DNA of 64,000 nt from Paragordius varius (taxonomy: Eukaryota; Animalia; Nematomorpha). Below are positions 54,108 to 64,000 of this stretch, piece after piece (position 1 is the first letter of the stretch; the number at the start of each line of letters is the position of its first letter). The notes under the pieces were generated by a model. It had not been told where the DNA came from, ran no database searches, and was given only the letters and a program-made list of their open reading frames with translations. Where the stretch lies: assembly GCA_964247055.1 (NCBI GenBank), contig OZ176050.1, forward strand, positions 2,294,001 through 2,358,000. Direction: 5' to 3'. Position numbers and translations under genes: made by a program.

Positions 54108-57100
54108 TCATTTTATTGATATATCCTAAAACATTTTTTATGCTTTTTAAAATATAATGAGAACAAAAATAGATTCATCGGTATAAATCAATACCTTATA
54201 TCGTATCATACATTGCAATTTATTTTTGGTGCCAACCAAGTCAGCAATCGTTTGCCAACGTTGGGGATCATCTAATTTCATGGTGCGGATGCCTTGTTCC
54301 AATAATTTTTGTTCTTCTTTCGACCATTTCGCATTCGTAGTATTAGTTTCATTTGTTTGAGTTGAGTCTATAGTTTAGGTATAAGTATTATTTTAATTTA
54401 AAACAAAATATTTATTTTTTAAAAATAAATAAATATAGGTAATTTTTAATCTTAAAGAAACACATATTTTATTTGAGAGTTAATTTGAATTGTTCAAGGG
54501 CGAATTTGATTTGTTTAAGTGGGAATTTGAATTCTTCAAAGATGAATTTGAAATGTAAATGTTATATATAATAAATCTGCATAACTCTCTATTTTCTTTC
54601 GCAACCCAAAACGATAAATTATACAAATGAACCAAGGTTTAAAAAATATAATTTTCTATAGCGCAAAAAAAATATTCATTTACGTTTTGTCTTTGTATTT
54701 TAAATTTTGTACAGTATTTTACCTTGTTGTGTTGAAGAAGTATTCACAATATTAGGAGATTCTTCGCTTACAACTGTTTGCGGTTTGACATGCGATGAAT
54801 TCAATTTCTGTTTTGTGGTTAGGCTAAGTGTTTTAACCCGTGCAATGATATCACGACTAGTTTTTGGTTTATCCCCTGAGAGTTGTCGTTTACAAACATA
54901 AGCTGTAATTTGCTCCCATCTATCATTTGTGCCTACTGGATATAATTCAGTAGCTTTAACTAAATGTTTCAATTCATCAAGCGTCCAATTACACGTTTTA
55001 AGGTTAGTTCCATTTTGAGGGATAGGGATTGAGTTATTAGTATTGGTTGTTTTTATATGTGACATTTTTTCACGATCCACATACTCTTGATATAGTTTGA
55101 GCTAAAAAGATGAAAAAGGATGAATAAAGTGTAAAGAAAGTTCCTTATTTAAAATCAGGGATGTGACACACAAATGGCGTCGTGGGTCGTATTTTTAACT
55201 CAAAAAACCCGGAGCTACGTTCGTATATATGGGTGAGTATAAATATTTTAATTTAGATTTCAAACGTAAAACTGTAAAATGCAATCACATATTATAACCA
55301 TTTTTCCTAGCTCAGTTGCCAATTAAATAGATTAATTCAGAAAATTTGTTTAAGGAATATAATTATATGATTTTGTCAGCATAATCTTGCAAATTAGGAT
55401 TTATAATTTTCGCAGGCCGCACGCAATGTCTCGAAGGGGCGCGTTTAGTCACCCCAGATTTAAATACGGCGTTTTTTAATAAAGATTAATAACCTGTTCA
55501 GTGAGTATGTTTTTGAGTTGCGTAAAATCATCCTTGTTTATTTCAAGTAAAGTATTAAGTGTTTTGAGATCAGTTAAATTTAACCAATGTAATAGTTTAT
55601 CCATTTCCTCGAGAAATAGGTAGTTTTCCTTAAATCCCATCATACCATATATGGACTCTTGAATGGAAGTGATAAATTGGTTAAATTTCTTTTTTTCCCT
55701 CTTATGTTCTTTGACAAGTTGGGCTTCTTTTGCTGACATTTCGTTAGCGGCGGCTTTTTTAATCTCATCCTCTTTAGTGGGCTAATCAATCAAAATATGG
55801 ATTAAAATAAAGATGAATTATCATAAATATAAAAACTAGTCTGCGATTACTATTGACGAAAGGGTTTCACATATCGTTTATAATTATCTTCAATTAATAT
55901 TTTATTTAAATTTCGATTATCATTATATCACGGATTTTACAACTGTTATTACAAAACATAATCAATCCGTCTACCATTACAATATCATAAATATATTATT
56001 TTCTTTAACACATAGATTATTATAAACAAATGAAGATTGGTTTAAACGTTTTAATACGCCTTTTATCGGGCTAAAGTTTAAAAAGGCGTAATGAAGAATA
56101 ATGTTATTTTTTAAAAATTATCATTTATTGATAAACGATAAAGATATATTTTCAGTAATTTTAATGAACTTCCTTAAGCGGAAAAGGTATCACCAAGTTA
56201 GGTAAACTTTTGTTCTTTTTCGATGTCGCTGTCATCTTTTATAGCTTCTATGGGTGGATATTGTTTGGATAAAGCATATGGAGGGCATATGTAATAATTA
56301 TTAAATTTTAAACTTCCTTTTAATCCTGAACATGATTTATGTAACCAATATTGACATTGGTGCATTGGATAGAGTTAAATCCCACATTTTTTAAGCATGC
56401 GCGGCATGGGTGTTTGAATATATCAGTTTTTTGTCATCTGTTATCAACCGTGAAGCTTAAGACATTTTTTCAACGTTTGAACTTTTGACTGAGATTACCC
56501 ATAAAAGCTATATCATACCTTAGAATAGGTGCAGTGATATTGAAAAAGTAGAAATGTTTACCTACCTTGGTGATACCATTTACGCTCAAGGAGGTTCATC
56601 TGAAGCCATCGAAAATCGCATAAAAATTGGTTGGGGTCGATACAACCAATATAAGCACATAATCACCAACAAACATATATCTTCAAAAAACAAAATATGC
56701 CTGATTGCGTTAGGCCTACTATAATAACATATGCCTGCGAAACATGGCAAATAATATAAAACACAGGAAAATATGCTGGATAATATGGAACACTGAATGA
56801 TAAATACCTTTTAATTGAACAATCTCTCATGATAAACAAATCCTACCAATCTCAAAATATATTATCCGTAGACTAGGCTACTACGGTCACATTCAAAGAT
56901 TAGATAACGATAATTGGATAAAAAATATTACAAACTTCAAACAAACAAAACAGAGTTAATCGTCCAACAATAACATGGGACAAAAACATTACCCAAGACC
57001 TACAGGCCAAAAACATAAAAGCCGGGGACTGGTTAAACAAAAAATCCTATGCAATGATCAAACACATAAGCCCCGTTACGACGGGATGCCAAGGGATCCC

Positions 57101-60100
57101 TTGATAACAGCCTCGTTTTTATCCCAACTATAATTAAATAAATTAGCTATCTCTACCATTTGCCAAAAAAATAAATACTTCTTGGCTTTTAAAATAAAAT
57201 ATATACTGGGTTAAAATACCAATTTTTAAGAGTTTTTATTATTAAACTAAAAATTATTGTTGAATAGTTCGTTGGCGGTATATTGGACTGAAAATCAACC
57301 TGATGATGGGAGAGTTTATTATTTTAACAAAACTAATTAGCCCGAACAATTTAAATATTTAAAACTTTAGGCAAATTTATTATTAATGTAAAAGCTTTAA
57401 AAACTGTGGGAAAAATAATAAAGAAAAACTTGACTTATCTTTTCACGTCAACAAATATTTATTATTATTAAAATATAAAATAAACAAACTCAAGTTTTTC
57501 CAGTTTCTAAAGTGCTGAGAAATGTCCGTCTACCACAATGAGCCAACGCATTAAGTAATAAAAATTTTCATATAGTATTAAAACCATTAAAATCTTTCAA
57601 AACATTTAATAAAAAGCATAAATCCAATATTGCATTTGATAAAAAAAAGATAAAAATTACATTTTGTTGACCATTAAAATAACCATCTTGATTATTGTCA
57701 TTAAATGATTGTATCTGAGCTGCTTGTTGTCGCGCCATTTTATAAGCTAATTTTTGGCGTTTTTCTTCTTGTTTAATTCGCAGGACTCGAATATCATGTT
57801 TATAGGCTAAATCTAATGGGTAAAAATAGCGCTAAGTAAATGGAAAAATGACATACCGACTAGTTTTCGAATGCGATTAACTTCATCCTTTTTGAGTTTG
57901 TTGCGTTTGACTTTGTTTTGTTTTTCAATCCAACGCCTCTCCTCCCGACTGTCCAATTTAAAAAGTTATTTTATTTTAAAATTTAATGCTTTTTTAATAT
58001 TATCAAATATTTATTTTAATAAATATTGGCATTATAAACATTTATAGACCATATGATCTGATCAAAACGAACCAAATATGTTTGAGAAAAAACTTGGAAT
58101 ATAATCTATTCATTTACTGCCTTATAATTTGTAAATACAAAAAATTTTAAATTTAAAAGTTTAATTTATACTTTTCTCCTTTGCTTTTGTCTTCCTCGTC
58201 TAGATATGAATATTCCCGCCATGATTCAAAATTATACCTAAATTAAAGATTATGCCGTTTATAAAGAAAGTGTATTAGAAAACACATAAAAAGTCTAAAG
58301 AAGTATAACACAAGTCAAAGGTATATAGCATAAAAAAGTAAATTCCAAATTTTATATTGAAAAATGACAAGTTTTACAAAATTAAACCTAAAGGTAAGGT
58401 TATAAAATTATATATATGATTACGCGAAAAATATCAACAAACCGGTTTAATTTCGTTAATGATCAGTCTAAAAGGGATTGGAACCGGACGGTGCCAAATA
58501 ATTTTCGAAAATTGGTATCAAAAAATTTAAAAATTTAGTCAAAGTCGAACCATATTTTTCGATTTATCAGCAAAAAAAGCAAATAACAATATTATAGTTT
58601 TATAAAATTTTATTCATCCAAAAAAACTGATCCCTATATTTAAAAAATGTATGAAATAATTAAACTAAAACCATTGAATCGGAAAAACCGTAATAAATGC
58701 AATATTTTAATAGAAATTTCTCAATTCGGAGTCCACATTAATTTTTTAATGCTAAAAAATATTTTAATCATTTTAAAACAAGTACAAAGGATAGATACAA
58801 AATGTCGGATCATAAGGATAAATATAAAATTGAAAGGTAGTAAAATTAAATATCAAAAGAATATGACAGGCATGCTCCTTACGGTTTTTTTAATATATAT
58901 ATTTATTTCAGTGATAATGATTTTTCATCACACACAACAGTTTTTGATCAAGCTATGCATTTAATTAATCTCAACACTTTATTCCAACTCAAGACTTACT
59001 TTAAATTATATTTTTGATTATTTTTTAACGATTAGTAAGCATTATAAATTAAAAAAAATTTGGAGTTTTTAATTGATAATTAATTAATCGAAATGCACAT
59101 ACAGTTTATCGACCAACGGGATGCATATTTAGTGCCGCTGAATTATTCATAATTGTATATTGTAAGATTGTTTGAAAATATATATATATATTCTACGGAT
59201 AATATATTTTGGATATTTATTTATTTTTTAGTAATTAAGAAAATATACTCTTTTTAATATTTTTATTATTTCTGTTTACATGCGCATGTTGTAAAAAAAA
59301 TCAATGAAGTTGTTCAAAGAAATTCCAAAGAAAGGAATTTGACAAGTTCTGCCAAATAATTATAGGCTTAAGTTAAATTTACTGTTCTCAAGCGACCATA
59401 TTTGAAAACGATGATGGAAATCGCTTAGACGCCCATAGAGACATAAGATAATATTGGCTGTAAATACCAGATTTGCCAAGTATAAAAGGTTTGAAAAAAT
59501 AATTTAATTACCAAAATATTTTTATTTAAACTAAATGGCATAAGAGTCATTACTGAGATTTATGTGCGACCCGAAGTATTAATTTAAAGTAAAAATATCT
59601 GCATATGAAACAAAAGTGATGCAATTTTTTATCCGTATTAAATGGAGTAGAGCCCTTGTGACAAAAAATAATTTATTTGGTTCTTCAAAATTTTTGGTGA
59701 GTGCCACTGCTTTGAAGCCCTATAATTATAGACATAAACAGAAATTTTCAATTGAATGTTGTGACTTTTAACTAAATAGGTTTGTACACTGACAATGTCT
59801 TGCCCTTTATTAAGGATGTTTAGAAAGGTGACATGTTAACCCATGATTAGATTGAAAAATTGTTATCAGGATAATCGATAACCGTGACTAATCAAGAGGC
59901 CAAGTCCTCCTTAAAACAGATAAAATAAATATTGATTTAGCTAGACTTCGGAATTTGTAGACGACCTGCATCAGGCGAACTCCGATTCAGGATAATAAAA
60001 AAACACACTTTTGTTTCTTAATTATAAGATTTAATTTTTCCAAAAGTCATATATAGCTTGTCGGTGCCTACTTCTATAAAATACACCCGTTAAACCCGGG

Positions 60101-61243
60101 TCTTTGTTAATTAATCCTTTCGCGTTAAAATTTAGTTTCAAAAAAACACGCACTTACATATGCCGTCAAGGTTCGCAATACTCATCAAGCTTCGTGTTGA
60201 TGGCATAATATATTATAATATACTAAATAGAAACTCTGCGTTTTGCTACAATGTTTAATCCGTAGAAGAGAGAATTCAACACTGTTGAATGATAATTGGA
60301 GAACCGTAAGCGGGCAAATACCACGACTGAAAGAAAAAACCTTAACTTGAGAAAAGACGGGTGGGGTCAATATTTACATATTTTGTTGTCTGTTTCATAA
60401 TAATTACAAATCTAACTTAAATATCTTTGATCATTGGCGAATTTAGATTGTATTCCGGAAAAAAAGAAACACGTCTTAAAACTTGTTAAAACAAATAAGG
60501 GGGGTAAGAAGCATGTCTTTAATGACGTTTTTATATAGCATTAATAAAAAAATTTAAGGAACAAGGTTCAGTAAATATAAAAAGTACCAGAAATCATAAA
60601 ATGACTCAACATATTCTTTTGAGGCGGTAAATAAACCCAACATAGGCACCGGTTGATTAAAAGACCATCTAAAATTTTAAAATAAAATAAACCTACTATT
60701 TCTTTCAAAGACTGGATGGAATTCTTGATAAAAATGTTGATAAATATGAACATCAGATTTGGAATCCAAAGGATTATAGTTTTCAGGAATAGCGTTATCA
60801 AAAGTGGGATCAATACTATCATAAGATCTTCTTCTCCCAATATCACTTAATATTTCATATGCTATTTATGTATAATTATCGATATAATATTTATTATAAT
60901 ACCCTTTACAATGCAAGGAAAATAATTGGGTTCTTTTATGGTTTTATTTTTATCCGGATGATGTAACAACACCTTTCGCCTATCTAAACATGAATATTAA
61001 AGATGTAATACAGGCTCGTTTAATGTCTTCGTCATCTGCGTTGTGCCTTAGATTTTCAAGGCCTAAAATTAGATAATGATCGTGTTCTTTCCAAGCAACC
61101 GGGTCAAGTGTCACGTAATAGCATAATTCTTTATCTTTGACAAATTTTTGAAATTTTTTAAGTAAGAAATTATGTCGTTGTTTAAATATTGGATGTTTTT
61201 TAAACAAATCGTCGTTGAATTTGGTGGATACTAATAAATTCAT
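54108..61243 (-). CDS. DNAJC2: DNAJC2/zuotin/MPP11 ribosome-associated J-protein with two C-terminal SANT domains, ~576 aa
   Basis: Exons are 61243-61012, 60983-60903, 60861-60693, 60668-60588, 58237-58172, 57948-57857, 57812-57661, 55781-55494, 55101-54723, 54367-54195 and 54125-54108 (1731 nt, in frame). Motifs: [49 protein letters not shown], and [13 protein letters not shown] / [11 protein letters not shown]. The first ATG and last exon are uncertain. Confidence 0.93.
55156..55457. mobile_element. Possible degenerate hAT MITE in DNAJC2 intron
   Basis: CAGGGATGTGAC at the left and GTCACCCCAG at the right, with a GC-rich subterminal GCAGGCCGCAC. A similar hAT-like terminus lies at ~51748-51790. 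Confidence 0.35.
55832..55985 (+). mobile_element. 5'-truncated third copy of the hammerhead-bearing repeat, in DNAJC2 intron (antisense to host gene)
   Basis: AAAACTAGTCTGCGATTACTATTGAC..GGGTTTCACATATCGTTTATAA..ACAACTGTTATTACAAAAC..CCATTACAAT matches 17773-17890 and the reverse complement of 17350-17510. Confidence 0.85.
56185..57060. mobile_element. LINE RT C-terminal fragments in inverted-then-sense arrangement, with PHD-like Cys cluster
   Basis: Minus strand ~56535-56185 reads [45 protein letters not shown]. Plus strand from ~56535 reads [45 protein letters not shown]. Confidence 0.75.
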
Positions 61244-62199
61244 GCGCGTAACACCAAAAAATATTGATCATGTGTTTGAATCATATTTATCGCGAATTTC
61301 GCATAGTGCCCTGCGCTTTTAACACTTCATTACCTTTATATATAGTTATTAAATTAATCCCTAAATTTCTAGTAAATAAATTTTATAAAACAAATATGCC
61401 AAATGCTAAATATAGAAAATTTACAATAATTTATTAAAATTTTACAGTTTTTCAGGGTATAATATATATGTATCCTAAAATAAATGAGAATTAGAAATTA
61501 TTTTAATTTTGGCTTTGAAATACTACCATTTTTGTGGTAAATGTTTCAAATCTAAATATGAAATTGGCACACACTTATGCCATATAAATTTAAGTTGAAA
61601 GCTTATGCTTCGCTTGTAACATTAAAATAAATATGTTAAAGGCAAAATAATGTCTTTAAAAAATCATAAATTTAGATGTTAGTCTCGAAATTAATATGCC
61701 GAAACGCGATAATTAAAGATGTTTATAGGTGAGATTTGTGAAATGAGTTTTATGGATTTTAAAGGATGTTGAAAACGGTACACCTTTCAATCTTTTGGGG
61801 TAGCTATTACAAGAGTGATTTTAATTTGGTTTATTAAGGTATTAGGTCACCTTTTAGTGGTATGAATTTTAAAAAATGTGTATTAAAATCCTTATCTCAA
61901 ACTTTTTCGCAGCCATTTTTTTTTAATATTTTTAACTTTATCACCTTTTCACTTTTTTGTCATACCTTACATTTTGGGATAAATTTATATTAGTCCAATT
62001 TTGTAAATAAATTACACTTTCAAAAGTTAATTGTTCTCATGTATTGGAAAAAAAAATATTTTTTATAGTTTAGTAACTTCTAGAGTATAAATGTGGTACA
62101 GCTCAAAAACACAAGTAAAACATTAGCTGATATGAAAAATTATCAAGTTTTTACTGTTAAATGTAGTCTAAGTCTTTATGAAGTTAATTTACATTTTCC

Positions 62200-64000
62200 A
62201 TAATATACATTTAATTGCCCGGTGCATTAACATTTGGATAGAACACATTCATTTCAATCCTCCGATTCAAATTGGTAGTTGGATATCCCAGAGCTATTTA
62301 AAATAATATAATTCAAAAATACGGAATGATTTGAAACCATGGCAAGAATTTGCACTATATAACATTAATGAACCAAAATATATAAAAAGGTTCTATCAAA
62401 AATACTTGATATAATTTTAAGCTAAAACCGCAAGGTAAAAATTTAGTCAACATGACATGTGTGCACTAGCTAAATATATAAAAAATACAAATCAAACCAC
62501 ATTTTTTGTTTCTATAGATGTGATTTAAAGAATTAGCTTTAATTTTGGCTATAAAATCAACACTTGGATACACACATTCGTTTTAGTCCTTCGATTTAAA
62601 TTGGGGTAATTAAATACGCCAGGCCTGTTCAAAATTAAATTCTTTAAAGTATATGGAAGGAATCGATACCACGGCAAAATTTTGCACATATAACATTAAT
62701 AAACAAAAATATATAAAAAATTAAAAATACTTGATATTAATTATTTGCAGCTAAACCCAAAAAGTAAAAAATTAGTCCACGTGACACCTGTGCAATGTTT
62801 AAATTGAAAAACAATACAAAATAAACCGCTTTTTATATTTCTACTAATGTTAAATGTAATATATATAAAAAATTACCTTTAAAATACCCTTAAAACTATA
62901 AGACGATATTTTACAAAAAAAATTGTGAAATAAAAATTGCGTCGAAGTAGTTTGACATGAAACTTTTTTTTTCAAAACAAAATTTTATTTAGATATTTTG
63001 GAATATTTATATATGGAAGCATAAATTTAAATTAGGACAGTTTCCTTTAGTAGTTTTTTAAAAATCCTAACTCAAATAGTCTGGGGTATTTAGATACCCC
63101 AATTTGAATCGAAGTGTTATATAAACACGATATTTTGCAAATATGTAGCAAAAGAAAAATGGCGTCGAACCAGTTTGATATGAAACTTTTTTTTCAAAAT
63201 AAAATTTTATTTTGAATCGGCTTGTTTATATAATTTTTATTGAGATAGAAGCCTAAAATTAAAGTGTGACCGTTTCTTTCTGTAATTTTTGAAAAATATC
63301 AACTTAAATATTGTCTGGAGTAGTTAACTCAAATTCGAATCGAAGTGTTAACGATTAAAAAAAATGACGGCAAAAAAGTTTGACATGAGGATTTTTTACA
63401 ATTTTAAATTTTGAAAATGTATAATGTGCCTAAAAGGATAGCCTATTTTGATTTTTGGCTGAATACCCGATATCCTTAGATATTCAAATTGCAGTTGGCT
63501 GTTTAAAAATACCCATAAGATAATGCAGTGTTAAATCGCTATAGAAATAATCAATCGAATTATATACAAAAACCGTGTTTATCATATTTTAATGGGTCTT
63601 TATTATTTCATCATGGAATAAATAATTATTCACCAAAATTTTGCTAAATCATCTAATACATTTTGGGGTAGTTTAATATCCTAGACCGATTTAAAATTTG
63701 AATATTTTAAAAAGAATTCAACCCATCGAATTTTACAAATTGTTTTTTAGTCTTTTAGGAGCATTAAAAAAAATTAACACTTCGATTCAAATTGGGGTAT
63801 CTAAATACCCCAGACTAAATTTAATTTAGGATTATTAAAAAACTACTGAGGGAAACACTCCCAATTTAAACTTATAGTTTTATCCTAATAAAAATTATAT
63901 ATATACAAAATATCTAAATAAAATTTTGTTAAATAGAATTTCTATGTCATACTATTTAGACGCCATTTTTATTTTACAAATTTGCAAAATATCGTCGTCA
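62200..64000. repeat. Complex repeat: tandem ~350-bp duplication, tandem ~210-220-bp units and an inverted copy
   Basis: 62230-62530 resembles 62570-62850. The motif GTTTGACATGA recurs at ~62950, 63173 and 63379. 63780-63990 is the reverse complement of ~62930-63120 and shares the hairpin GGGGTATTTAGATACCCC. The repeat probably runs past the window end. Confidence 0.7.

Noticed and set aside
60159-60290. H/ACA or C/D snoRNA in DNAJC2 intron
   Set aside because: The H/ACA-like layout is on the strand antisense to the host and the second hairpin is weak. The C-box-like TTGATGA has no suitably placed D box.

Overview
Very AT-rich eukaryotic (animal) genomic DNA. There is no prokaryotic operon structure, and no CRISPR array, rRNA or tRNA was seen. 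I assembled six spliced genes by hand from GT-AG sites and reading-frame continuity. (1) A ~753-aa orphan with 8 tandem PIY[I/M]NQ motifs interleaved with Pro-rich spacers (10302-7877, -). (2) A ~344-aa Lys/Ser-rich orphan (24383-21707, -). (3) A secreted antistasin-like glycoprotein (25562-28957, +). (4) A complete 340-aa G-protein beta subunit (34976-38624, +). (5) A ~454-aa sulfite oxidase that appears to lack the cytochrome b5 heme domain (50138-53192, +). (6) DNAJC2/zuotin (61243-~54108, -). The remainder is decayed transposons (Ty3/Gypsy, RTE-type LINEs, mariner, hAT) and several long palindromic foldback elements. Main observations: 24-28-nt spliceosomal introns co-exist with introns of 0.2-2.4 kb in the same genes; an inverted repeat carries a minimal type I hammerhead ribozyme in each arm (Penelope-like); a 4.07-kb TA-flanked palindrome has internal subrepeats; and a CACAGTG-ended element with a provable TAA target duplication splits a mariner transposase. 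All gene models and family assignments come from reading the sequence and from recalled family motifs. No database search was run and the organism is not identified.
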